The notes under the pieces: generated by a model
Seen by the model: the letters and a program-made list of their open reading frames with translations, nothing else
The model's database searches: none
What the model was told of the DNA's origin: nothing
From: an uncultured Actinomycetes bacterium
Lineage (GTDB): Bacteria > Actinomycetota > Thermoleophilia > Gaiellales > Gaiellaceae
Reading direction: 5' to 3'
NCBI GenBank assembly: GCA_963724675.1
Contig: CAVRVP010000002.1
Coordinates: 340,776-404,775 of the forward strand
DNA: 64,000 nt
Shown here: piece by piece, positions 10,293-18,932 of the stretch
Numbering within the stretch: position 1 is the first letter of the stretch
Layout: the number at the start of each line of letters is the position of its first letter
Position numbers and translations under genes: made by a program

Positions 10293-11077
10293 GCGAGATC
10301 GCGAAGCGCCGCCTGGAGCGCCTGCGCAACGTCACCGGGCTTGCCGTCGCCGATCGGCTCTCCGTCGAGCGCGACGACAGGCATCACCTCGCGCACCGAC
10401 GATGTCGTGAAGGCTTCGTCTGCGGCGGCGAGGTCGGCAACAGGGAAGCGGCCCTCCTCGACGTCGTGCCCGAGCGCCCGCGCCTCTGCGAGCAGCACGC
10501 TGCGTGTGACGCCCGGAAGGATGCCCGTGTCGACGGCGGGCGTCCGAAGCCGCGTTCCCGTCCGCCACCACACGTTCGAGGTCGTCGCCTCGAGGACGAT
10601 GCGATCCTCGCCGAGAAAGACCGCGTCGTCCGCGCCGGCCGCCCGCGCAGCGTCGACGGCCATCATGTTCAGCGCGTAGCTCGTCGACTTGACCCCGCCG
10701 ATGAGGTCGGAGGGCCGGAATTCGACGGCGATGAGGGCGATGCCGCGCGCGCGAAGGTCGTCGAGATCGGGCGGAAGCTCAGAGACGGCCACGAAGGCTC
10801 GCGCCCCGTCACCTCGCCCCGGTGTCGCGTAGACGCGGAGCATGGCGTCCGGGCTATCCGCCTCGCCGAGCGCGAGCTCGACGAGCTCTTCGATCTCCGC
10901 GCTCGCGGGCGGCACGAACCCGAGGCGCGTACACGACGCCTCGAGCCGTTCGAGATGGTCGCCGAGCCGGAACGGCGCTCCGCCGTACACACGCGTCGTC
11001 TCGAACGCCCCCCGTCCACGCATGAACGCCTCGTCGTCCGCGTGAACGACGGGCTCGTTCGGCGGCGACGAGCCCAC
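10283..11077 (-). CDS. pabC: Class IV aminotransferase family protein, likely aminodeoxychorismate lyase
   Basis: Intact track ORF of 264 aa (RGRGAFETTRVYGG..FRLGDHLERL..GGVKSTSYALNMMA..GILPGVTR). It lies directly downstream of a chorismate-binding enzyme gene. Confidence 0.7.
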   Translation of the reverse strand: MGSSPPNEPVVHADDEAFMRGRGAFETTRVYGGAPFRLGDHLERLEASCTRLGFVPPASAEIEELVELALGEADSPDAMLRVYATPGRGDGARAFVAVSELPPDLDDLRARGIALIAVEFRPSDLIGGVKSTSYALNMMAVDAARAAGADDAVFLGEDRIVLEATTSNVWWRTGTRLRTPAVDTGILPGVTRSVLLAEARALGHDVEEGRFPVADLAAADEAFTTSSVREVMPVVALDGEPIGDGKPGDVAQALQAALRDLACR

Positions 11078-11101
11078 GACCGGAGACGGCGAGCGCCCGG
11101 A

Positions 11102-12148
11102 TCACCCGCGCACCCTCTCATAGAGCGGCGCGCCGACGGCGGCCAGCAGCGGCCGCGCCTTGACCCACGACTCCTCGATCTCGCCGTCGGGATCGGAGTC
11201 CCAGACGATCCCGCCGCCCACCCAGAGGTGGATGCGCCCGTCGGCGACTGCAAAGGTGCGGATCGTCAGCGCGAGGTCGAAGTCGCCGTTCTGCCGGATC
11301 ACCCCGAGCGCGCCCATCGAGGCGCCGCGACCGACGGGCTCGAGCGACGCGATCAGATCGAGCGCGGCGATCTTCGGCGCGCCCGTGACCGAGCCGCCCG
11401 GGAACGTCGCTTCGAGCACGTCGGTCAGCGTCACGTCCTCGCGAAGCGTTCCCTCGACCCGCGACACGAGATGCTCTACGCCGGCGAGCGAGCGGGGCTC
11501 CATCAGCTCGGGCCACGTGACCGTGCCGTGCTCGCAGACCCGCGCGAGGTCGTTCCGCTCGAGGTCGACGATCATCACGTGCTCTGCGGCGTCCTTCGTG
11601 GACTCGACGAGCTCGTCCGAGCCGGCCGGCCGCGTGCCCTTGATCGGCATTGTCGAGATGCGCCGTCCGCGGCGCGAGAGGAAGAGCTCGGGCGACGCGG
11701 ACACGATCGCCCAGCCGTCCCCGATCAACGGCCTCGCGTGGAGCGGGCCGAGCGGTGCGAGCCGGTCGGCGAGAGCCCTGGGGTCACCTTCGAAGCGGGC
11801 ATCGAGATGCTGGACGAGGTTGACCTGGTAGACGTCGCCGGCCGCAATCGCCTGGCGCACGGCCTCGACCGCGTCTGCGTACTCGCGCGGGTCCCACGTC
11901 GTCTCCCACGGCCCGATCCGGTACGAACCTGGTGCGCCCGTCCGCTCGGCGCCGGCCGCGCGGACGTCGATTGCGGCGGCGGGAAGCCGGCACGGCTCGG
12001 GAGGAGCACTCTGAGCGCTCCGACGCATGGCGTTCGAAAGCCCGTAGCCGAGATAGACGTCGGCCGTGAGCCCACGGTCCTCGCCTTCGAAGAAGCCGTT
12101 CGCCCGGAGCGCATCCTCCACCTCGGCGAGCGAGCCGACCTCGACCAT
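11102..12148 (-). CDS. pabB: Chorismate-binding enzyme, aminodeoxychorismate synthase component I-like (short form)
   Basis: Intact track ORF of 348 aa. Motifs: GDVYQVNLVQ, SASPELFLSRRG..ISTMPIKGTRP, EHVMIVDLERNDL, FPGGSVTGAPK, GGGIVWDSDP. Confidence 0.75.
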   Translation of the reverse strand: MVEVGSLAEVEDALRANGFFEGEDRGLTADVYLGYGLSNAMRRSAQSAPPEPCRLPAAAIDVRAAGAERTGAPGSYRIGPWETTWDPREYADAVEAVRQAIAAGDVYQVNLVQHLDARFEGDPRALADRLAPLGPLHARPLIGDGWAIVSASPELFLSRRGRRISTMPIKGTRPAGSDELVESTKDAAEHVMIVDLERNDLARVCEHGTVTWPELMEPRSLAGVEHLVSRVEGTLREDVTLTDVLEATFPGGSVTGAPKIAALDLIASLEPVGRGASMGALGVIRQNGDFDLALTIRTFAVADGRIHLWVGGGIVWDSDPDGEIEESWVKARPLLAAVGAPLYERVRG

Positions 12149-12152
12149 GCTC

Positions 12153-13382
12153 TTACGCTAGCGCCTCCCCGGGCGCTGCCGGAGCGGGCGGATCGGCTCG
12201 CCTCGGCACGACCGCGGCGAAGACGACCGCCATGGCGACTCGACCGATCGCAAGGCCGAGCAGCACCGTGCGCACGTCGACGCTTTCGAGCAGACGTCCG
12301 ATGACGAGAACCGTGAGCGGGCCAGAGATGGTGATGAGCGTGATGACCGCGGTCAGCACCTTGGGGCGAAGCTCGTCCGGCGCGCGGGTGGTGAGGATCG
12401 CCATCAGCGGCGCCGTCGCGACGGCGCCGAGGCCGGCCGCGAACATCACCGCCATCACGCCGACAGACGGCAAGTCCATCCCGAGCAGGAGCAGCGGAAA
12501 CGAGACCCAGAGGATCCCGAACGTCGCGAGCCGCATCGGCGGAACGACCTTTGCGAGAGGGATTGCAGCGAGGCTGCCGATCACCGAGCCGGCGCCGAAG
12601 GCGCCGAACAGGAGGCCGGCCGTCCTTGCGCTCGCGTCGAAGTGGTCGTAGGCGAGAACGGGCAGCGAGATGAAGATCGCCTGCGCGAACATGTGGAGGA
12701 AGACGGCGGTCAGGAGCATCGGCCTGAGCAGCGAGTCGCGGAACACGAACTTCAGCCCGGCGAGGAGCCCGTGGCTCTCGGCCGAAACGGGCAGCGGGCG
12801 TCGGCGAGGCACGAAGGCGAGGAGCAGGATGAACGACACCGCGTACGTGGCCGCGTCGATGTAGAGGACGTTGGTGGAGCCGACCCAGGCGATGAGAAGC
12901 CCGGCCGCGACGGGCCCGAGCAGGATCGTCAGCCGTGCGCCCGCCTCGACCACCGCGTTCGCCTGCGTCAGCACAGCCCTGTCCTCGCCGACCAGCTCGG
13001 GAAGCACGAGGCGCTGCGCCGAGAAGTACGGCGCGATGAAGGTCCCGAGGAGGAACACGAGGACGAGGAGGAGGCCGAACGAGAGCATGCCCGCGCTGTA
13101 GAGCAGCGGGATCGAGATCATCAGCGGCACGCGCAAGGCGTCGGCCACGAGCATCGTGCGCACGGCTCCGAGGCGCGCGACGATCGTGCCGCTCGGGATG
13201 CCGAGCAGCGCGATCGGCAGGAGCTCGGCAGCGAGCACGATTCCCATGCGCGTCGTCGATCCGGTCGTCGTCAGGACGAACCACGGCAGCGCGAGGAACG
13301 TCATCTGCGAGCCGAGCGACGAGATCACCTCGGCACTGAGCAGCGCGAGGATGCCGCGCTGAAGGAGCGGCGAACGCGTCAC
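12153..13382 (-). CDS. MFS transporter
   Basis: Intact track ORF of 409 aa with about 12 hydrophobic segments. It is a paralogue of 1545..2757. Confidence 0.85.
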   Translation of the reverse strand: MTRSPLLQRGILALLSAEVISSLGSQMTFLALPWFVLTTTGSTTRMGIVLAAELLPIALLGIPSGTIVARLGAVRTMLVADALRVPLMISIPLLYSAGMLSFGLLLVLVFLLGTFIAPYFSAQRLVLPELVGEDRAVLTQANAVVEAGARLTILLGPVAAGLLIAWVGSTNVLYIDAATYAVSFILLLAFVPRRRPLPVSAESHGLLAGLKFVFRDSLLRPMLLTAVFLHMFAQAIFISLPVLAYDHFDASARTAGLLFGAFGAGSVIGSLAAIPLAKVVPPMRLATFGILWVSFPLLLLGMDLPSVGVMAVMFAAGLGAVATAPLMAILTTRAPDELRPKVLTAVITLITISGPLTVLVIGRLLESVDVRTVLLGLAIGRVAMAVVFAAVVPRRADPPAPAAPGEALA

Positions 13383-14710
13383 GCGACGTCGGCCGCGGCC
13401 GGGACGTGCCCCGGTGCGAGCGCGCCGCCTTCACCTTCGATCTCGGCGAGCGGATCGGCGACGGGCTCGGGCATCTCGCGGATCGAGCGAACGGGCGAGA
13501 GCGCGACGGGGAGGAACGCGAACGACATGCCGACGGCCCCGATCCAGATCGCAGTGCGGAGATCGACCGCAGAGGCAATTGCGCCGCCTACGATCGTGCC
13601 GAGAGGCATGACGCCCCAGACGATGAACCGCATCACGGAGTTCATCCTGCCCTGAAGCCGCTCCGGAGTGATCGCCTGGCGCATGCTCAGCTGAGTGACG
13701 TTGTAGACGACGACGCCGAAGCCCATCACGAGCTGGGCGACGATGAGAAACGGGATCGGGTCGTTCGTCGGCGCGAGCGGGATGAGCAGTGCCGCGATAC
13801 CCGTGGCCGCGCCGAGCACGATCGTCCTGCCGACGCCGATGCGCGTGGCAACCCGGCCCGACGTTATGGCCCCGAGGAGATAGCCGAGGTTCCCGATCGC
13901 GAGCACGAAGCCGATCGTCCCCGCGGACATGCCGAGCGTCCGCACGGCGTAGACGAGGAAGATCGACCACATGACGCTGCCGAAGAAGTTGAAGGTGGCG
14001 GTCGAGGCTGCGATCCAGCGGAGGTACCTGTGACCGACGACGTAACGCACTCCTTCCGACAGCTCCCCGCGCATGCCGTGGAGCGGCGACTTCCCGGGCG
14101 TGCGTTCCGGCACGTCCTCGCGCTTGCGAATCCGCAGGACGAAGAGCCCGGATGCGACGAAGCTGACGGCATCGATGAGGACGGCGACAGGTGCGGTCAG
14201 GGCTTGCACGAGCAGCCCGGCCGCGGCCGGGCCGGCGAGCTGGGCGCCGGAGCGTGAGATCTCGAGCTTCCCGTTTCCGTCGACGAGGTTCTCGCGATCG
14301 ACGAGCGACGGGAGGTACGACTGGTAGGCGACGTCGAAGAAGACCGTGAGGATGCCGACGGCGAACGCGACGATGTACAGCTGCCCCATCGCCAGGACGT
14401 CGGCCGCGTAGGCGAGCGGGATCGACGCGTAGAGCAGGGCTCGCCCGAGATCGCCCACGATGAGAATCGGCCGCCGCGGCAGGCGATCGACCCAGACACC
14501 GGCCGGGAGGCTGATCAACACGAACGGCGCGAACTGGACGACGCCGAGCAGCGCCACCTCGAACGCGCTGGCGTGGAGCGTCACGATCGCGACGAACGGA
14601 ACCGCCAGGCCGCCGATCTGCGAGCCGAGCTGGCTGATCGTCTCGGCCGACCAGAGCTTCAGGAAATCGGGATGGCGCCAGAGCCCGCCGCGTGGCCAGA
14701 TCGCACGCAT
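13379..14710 (-). CDS. MFS transporter
   Basis: Track ORF 13379..14842, with the start moved to Met45 (MRAIWPRGGLWRHPDFLKLWSAETISQLGSQ). Its stop overlaps the next MFS start by 4 nt. Confidence 0.8.
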   Translation of the reverse strand: MRAIWPRGGLWRHPDFLKLWSAETISQLGSQIGGLAVPFVAIVTLHASAFEVALLGVVQFAPFVLISLPAGVWVDRLPRRPILIVGDLGRALLYASIPLAYAADVLAMGQLYIVAFAVGILTVFFDVAYQSYLPSLVDRENLVDGNGKLEISRSGAQLAGPAAAGLLVQALTAPVAVLIDAVSFVASGLFVLRIRKREDVPERTPGKSPLHGMRGELSEGVRYVVGHRYLRWIAASTATFNFFGSVMWSIFLVYAVRTLGMSAGTIGFVLAIGNLGYLLGAITSGRVATRIGVGRTIVLGAATGIAALLIPLAPTNDPIPFLIVAQLVMGFGVVVYNVTQLSMRQAITPERLQGRMNSVMRFIVWGVMPLGTIVGGAIASAVDLRTAIWIGAVGMSFAFLPVALSPVRSIREMPEPVADPLAEIEGEGGALAPGHVPAAADVA

Positions 14711-14729
14711 GTCGCTACGTGCCTGCCTG

Positions 14730-15563
14730 CTACGCCCGCACGATGCGGATGTCGCCGGAGACGGACTTGGCGGTGACTTCCACCATCGGCCCCCCGTTGA
14801 CGGGTGGCTCGTCGCCGAGCTTGAGCTCCGACGACGTGTCACCGCTCGTCGACCTCGCGTCGACCCAGAGCTTCGAGCCCGCGCGCACGCCGACCGTGAG
14901 GTCGCCAGACACGGACTGCATCGTCACCGTGCCCTGCGCGGCCGATGCGACGCGCGCGTCGCCCGAGATGGTCTTCATGTGCACCGACGAGCTCGCCGCT
15001 CCCACCTCGATGTCGCCCGACACCGAGTGGACGGTGGCCGCGCCGACGACGGCGTCGATCTTCGCGTCTCCTGACACCGAGCTCACGGACGCCTTGCCGC
15101 CGATCTCCGCGACCGCAACGTCGCCCGACACGGACTTGATGTTCGCCTCGCCGGCGATCTCGTCGAAGCGGAGGTCCCCGGCTGCGCTCCGCACGTCGGC
15201 GGTTGCGAACGCGCCGGTGCCGCGAACGTCGGCCGAGTCGGTTGAGACGTCGAGCGTCGACCCGGGAGGAACGCGAACCGCGACGCGCACCTCCGGCCCG
15301 CGGCCGAACACGACGCTCAGCCTCGGGCCGCGCCGTCCGCCGACGCGAAAGCCGTGCTGGATGTCGACGACGAGCTCCTGGCGGGCTCCGCCTTGCCGCA
15401 GCTCGACCACAGCCTCGGCCACCGCCCGCGCACTGCCGTCGTCCTTCGGAACGATCTCGACGACCGCTTCCGACGTGTCGACGGCCTCGATCTCGACGAG
15501 GCCGGCGGGGGCGCGGACCACCAGGTCCACCGCTCCCGCCACGGCGAAGGCCTCGCGCCTCAT
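14730..15563 (-). CDS. DUF4097-type beta-strand repeat protein (putative adhesin-like fold)
   Basis: Track ORF 14730..15728 taken from Met56 (MRREAFAVAGAVDLVVRAPAGLVEIEAVD). It has repeated SVSGD-x-x-V units. Confidence 0.7.
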   Translation of the reverse strand: MRREAFAVAGAVDLVVRAPAGLVEIEAVDTSEAVVEIVPKDDGSARAVAEAVVELRQGGARQELVVDIQHGFRVGGRRGPRLSVVFGRGPEVRVAVRVPPGSTLDVSTDSADVRGTGAFATADVRSAAGDLRFDEIAGEANIKSVSGDVAVAEIGGKASVSSVSGDAKIDAVVGAATVHSVSGDIEVGAASSSVHMKTISGDARVASAAQGTVTMQSVSGDLTVGVRAGSKLWVDARSTSGDTSSELKLGDEPPVNGGPMVEVTAKSVSGDIRIVRA

Positions 15564-15679
15564 CGACGCCACCCGCCGACGCCCCTCGGCCGGCGAACTG
15601 GGGTCGGCAGCGTGTGCTTCTGCGGCCGCCGGTCGCCGATGAGTTGTACGTAGTCCGGATACGTGAGCCTGAAGTCCAT
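15560..15679 (-). CDS. Candidate 39-aa small protein (MDFRLTYPDYVQLIGDRRPQKHTLPTPVRRPRGVGGWRR), or a frame-shifted N-terminus of the DUF4097 gene
   Basis: An AGGAGG sits 6-7 nt upstream of the ATG at 15679. The stop overlaps the DUF4097 ATG as ATGA. No homology recognised. Confidence 0.3.
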   Translation of the reverse strand: MDFRLTYPDYVQLIGDRRPQKHTLPTPVRRPRGVGGWRR

Positions 15680-15693
15680 GCCTGTCCCCTCCT

Positions 15694-16155
15694 CTAGCCC
15701 TCGGAGAATCCCGTGAGCCTGTTGCCAAAACCCTTGGGTGAGCTGCCGCGGTGAAGGGCGCGCTTGAGCTCGCGCACGAGCCACGCGTTCACCGAGATGC
15801 CTTCGCGTGCCGCCGCATCGTCGATCGCCGTCTTCAGCGAGTCGGGAAGCCGCAGCGAGATGCGGGCTGCCATCGTGTCGTCGGCCGCCGCTGGTGATCC
15901 CCACTCCTCGGTTCGCTCCTCGACGTAGACGAGCGACGGCTCCTGCCCGACGAGCCTGATCTCGACGTGGCCAGAGGGAATCTGGCCCGAGATCTCGAGC
16001 GTCACTTCCGACAGGAGGTCGAGGAGCCGCAGGCGTGCCGAGCCGCGGAGCGTCTCGCTGAGCCTGTCGGCGGCCTCGGCCACTGCGTCGTCGCCCAGAC
16101 CGGCCGTCGTGGCGAGATCGGCGATGAGCGCGTCGATGTGGTTGCTCAGCTGCAT
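15694..16155 (-). CDS. Ribbon-helix-helix (Arc/HicB-antitoxin-like) domain protein
   Basis: Intact track ORF of 153 aa with a C-terminal RHH: ARISLRLPDSLKTAIDDAAAREGISVNAWLVRELKRAL. Confidence 0.6.
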   Translation of the reverse strand: MQLSNHIDALIADLATTAGLGDDAVAEAADRLSETLRGSARLRLLDLLSEVTLEISGQIPSGHVEIRLVGQEPSLVYVEERTEEWGSPAAADDTMAARISLRLPDSLKTAIDDAAAREGISVNAWLVRELKRALHRGSSPKGFGNRLTGFSEG

Positions 16156-16165
16156 CGTGACGTCA

Positions 16166-16873
16166 TTATGACGTCACTCTGACATTTGTCAAGCATCTCT
16201 TTGCAGTCGCGTCAAGAACGGCTTGAACAAAGGCGTCGAGCGCCTCCAGTGTGCCGTCGTTCACGAACGAGAAGTCCGCCCTGTGCACCTTTTCGTCTTC
16301 GGAGAGCAGGCGAGCGGCGCGCTCGTCGACCTGCGCGCCCCGCCGCTCGCGACGCACGTCCTCTGAAGCGGTGACGACGACGACCCTGTCGAACACCGCG
16401 TCCGCGCCCGTCTCGTAGAGCAGTGGAATCTCCACGACCGCCACTTCCGCCTCGACGTCTTCGAGCCAGTCGATGTACGCCGCGCGTACACGCGGGTGAA
16501 TCAGCGCTTCGAGCCAGGCGAGCTCGCCCGGCTCGCGGAACACGACCTCCGCTATCGCGGCACGATCGATCGTGCCGTAGCGCTCCTCGAGGCCCGCGCG
16601 GAGCTCGGCGTCCTCGGCATAGAGCCGATGGACGACCTCGTCAGTGGAGAGCGTCGCCGCGCCGTGACGGCGAAACGCCTCGAGTGCCTCGCTCTTGCCG
16701 GCGCCGATGCCGCCGGTGAGAGCGACCCTAACCGGCGTCTTCGTCGTCTCCCGCGCTCGCCGCGGCCGGGTCTGCGACGGCTTCGACGAGCTCGGCCTCG
16801 TCCACCTCGGCCTCGATCTCGGCCTCCACCTCGGCTTCGGTCTCGACCTCCACCTCGGCTTCCTCAGCCTCAC
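16166..16873 (-). CDS. coaE: Dephospho-CoA kinase; start uncertain
   Basis: Motifs: VRVALTGGIGAGKSE (P-loop), IHPRV, EIPLLYE. No in-frame ATG, GTG or TTG lies between the track start (16873) and the P-loop. The first ~47 codons would then overlap the rpsA tail in another frame. Confidence 0.75.
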   Translation of the reverse strand: MRLRKPRWRSRPKPRWRPRSRPRWTRPSSSKPSQTRPRRARETTKTPVRVALTGGIGAGKSEALEAFRRHGAATLSTDEVVHRLYAEDAELRAGLEERYGTIDRAAIAEVVFREPGELAWLEALIHPRVRAAYIDWLEDVEAEVAVVEIPLLYETGADAVFDRVVVVTASEDVRRERRGAQVDERAARLLSEDEKVHRADFSFVNDGTLEALDAFVQAVLDATAKRCLTNVRVTS

Positions 16874-18149
16874 CGTCCACGACCTCCGTCGCTTCGGCTT
16901 CGGCCTCCACCACGACGTCCTCGGCCATCTCCTCTACCGACTCGTCGTCGAGAAGCGGTGGCACGTCGTCTGTGAAGACCTCTTCGGAGAGCGCGAGCGG
17001 CGGCGCGCCCTCCGGGCGCGGCTGCGGTGCCTCTCCGTCCTCGATCCGCTTCAAGGAGAGCGAAAGACGGCGGCGCTCGGCGTCCATCTCGATGATCTTC
17101 ACCTGCACGACCTGGCCCTGAGCGACCACTTCGCGCGGGTTTTCGACGTGATGCTGTGCGAGCTCCGAGATGTGCACGAGCCCCTCGACGCCGGGAAGGA
17201 TCTCGACGAACGCGCCGAACGTGACGACCTTCGTCACCTTGCCCTCGACGACGTCCGAGACCGAGTAGCTGTCGAGAACCTGCTGCCACGGATCGCTCTG
17301 CGTCTGCTTCAAGCCGAGCGAGATCCGCTGGCGCTCGCGGTCGATGTCCAGCACCTTCACCTGGACGTCCTGGCCGATCTCGAGCACCTCCGACGGGTGG
17401 TTGACGTGGCCCCACGAGAGCTCCGAGATGTGGATCAGCCCGTCCATGCCGTCGAGGTCGACGAAGGCGCCGAAGTCGACGATGTTCGAGATCGTGCCGT
17501 CGACGACGTCGCCGGGGTTGAGACGGTCGAGGATCGCCTGGCGCATCTCCTTGCGCTCGTCCTCGAGGACGGCGCGGCGCGAAAGCACGACGTTGTTCCG
17601 CGACCGGTTGAGCTCGATCACCTTGCAGCGGAGCTCCTGCCCGAGGAACTCGTCGAGGTCCTGCACACGCCTGATGTCGACGAGCGACGCCGGGAGGAAG
17701 CCGCGGACGCCGAGGTCGAGGATCAGGCCGCCCTTCACGACCTCGATCACCTTCCCGTTGATCGGTTCGCCGCTGTCCGCCTTGCGCTCGATCTCCTTCC
17801 ACGCGAGCTCGAAGCGCGCGCGCTTCTTCGAGAGGATGAGGCGGCCCTCGCTGTCCTCCTTCGTCATCACGAGCGCGTCGATCTCGTCGCCGACGACGAC
17901 CTCGTCATCCGGGTTGATCGAGCGGCGGATCGACAGCTCGGAGACGGGGATCACGCCTTCCGACTTGTAGCCGATGTCGACGAGCACCTCGTCCTTGTCC
18001 ACGCGGACGACCGTGCCGTGCACGACCTCGCCCTCCGTGATCTCGGGGAAGGTGGCCTCGTAGTCGGGAATGAGCTCGCCGTCCGGACCGGTGATCCAGA
18101 CGCCGGGCTCGGCGGTTACTGCTTCGGTGTCGATCGTGTCGTTGGCCAT
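16728..18149 (-). CDS. rpsA: 30S ribosomal protein S1 with acidic low-complexity C-terminal tail
   Basis: Met287 of track ORF 16728..19007 (MANDTIDTEAV..). Four S1 domains (GTVVRVDKDEVLVDIGYKSEGVIP, GKVIEVVKGGLILDLG, GTISNIVDFGAFVDL, GKVTKVVTFGAFVEI). The tail is EAEAEATEVVDGEAEEAEVEVETEAEVEAEIEAEVDEAE. Confidence 0.9.
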   Translation of the reverse strand: MANDTIDTEAVTAEPGVWITGPDGELIPDYEATFPEITEGEVVHGTVVRVDKDEVLVDIGYKSEGVIPVSELSIRRSINPDDEVVVGDEIDALVMTKEDSEGRLILSKKRARFELAWKEIERKADSGEPINGKVIEVVKGGLILDLGVRGFLPASLVDIRRVQDLDEFLGQELRCKVIELNRSRNNVVLSRRAVLEDERKEMRQAILDRLNPGDVVDGTISNIVDFGAFVDLDGMDGLIHISELSWGHVNHPSEVLEIGQDVQVKVLDIDRERQRISLGLKQTQSDPWQQVLDSYSVSDVVEGKVTKVVTFGAFVEILPGVEGLVHISELAQHHVENPREVVAQGQVVQVKIIEMDAERRRLSLSLKRIEDGEAPQPRPEGAPPLALSEEVFTDDVPPLLDDESVEEMAEDVVVEAEAEATEVVDGEAEEAEVEVETEAEVEAEIEAEVDEAELVEAVADPAAASAGDDEDAG

Positions 18150-18164
18150 GCGAAAAGGCCGTCC

Positions 18165-18170
18165 AGTATA
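18165..18170 (-). promoter_or_regulatory. -10-like TATACT box 15 nt upstream of the rpsA ATG
   Basis: The minus strand reads ggcTATACTggacggccttttcgcATG with no Shine-Dalgarno between. This implies a very short leader. Confidence 0.3.
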
Positions 18171-18218
18171 GCCGCGGTGCCGAATTCGGCCCGAACTGGC
18201 GTACGGTAGAACCTCGAC

Positions 18219-18932
18219 GTGCAAATCACCCTCGTCCGCAACGCCACGCTGATCGTCGAGATCGCCGGAAAGCGGCTGCTCGTCGACCCAATGCTCGACG
18301 ACGCAGGGGCGCGACCGCCGATCGAGAACACGGCCAACCCTGTCCGCAATCCGACGGTGGAGCTGCCGTTCCCTGCAGAGGAGATTGTTCGCGACCTCGA
18401 CGCCGTGCTCGTCACCCATCGCCATCGCGATCACTTCGATACACGGGCCGAGGAGCTCCTGCCGCGCAGCGTGCCCGTCTTCTGCCAGCCCGAGGACGAC
18501 GAGGCTCTGCGCGCGCTCGGCTTCGACACGCGGCCGGTCGGCGACACCGTCGATTGGGACGGCGTCCACATCGTCCGGACGCCGGCGCGTCACGGCTCGG
18601 GCAGGATCGCCGAGCTGCTCGCGCCCGTCAGCGGCTTCGTCCTCGACGACCTCTACCTCGCAGGTGACACCGTCTGGTACGAGGCCGTCGCCGAGACGAT
18701 CGAGCGCTACCAGCCACGCGTCGCCGTCGTGCATGCCGGCGGCGCCGAGTTCACCGAAGGCGGACTGATCGTCATGGGAATCGACGATGTGCGCGAGGTC
18801 GCGGCTCGCGTGCCGACGGTGGTTGCGACACACATGGAGGCGATCAACCACTGCTTCCTCTCGCGCGCCGCGCTGCGCGAGGCCGTGCCGGGTGTCCTCG
18901 TGCCCGAGGACGGCGAGACGCTCGACCTCTAG
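18219..18932 (+). CDS. MBL-fold metallo-hydrolase
   Basis: Intact track ORF of 237 aa with the motif VLVTHRHRDHFD. Confidence 0.8.
   Translation: MQITLVRNATLIVEIAGKRLLVDPMLDDAGARPPIENTANPVRNPTVELPFPAEEIVRDLDAVLVTHRHRDHFDTRAEELLPRSVPVFCQPEDDEALRALGFDTRPVGDTVDWDGVHIVRTPARHGSGRIAELLAPVSGFVLDDLYLAGDTVWYEAVAETIERYQPRVAVVHAGGAEFTEGGLIVMGIDDVREVAARVPTVVATHMEAINHCFLSRAALREAVPGVLVPEDGETLDL

Noticed and set aside
10466-13578. Very long ORFs 10466..12304(+) 612 aa and 11725..13578(-) 617 aa
   Set aside because: They are out-of-frame or antisense to pabC, pabB and the MFS genes. Their composition is dominated by Arg/Pro/Ala/Gly, typical of non-coding frames in 70% GC DNA. The in-frame genes carry clear family motifs.
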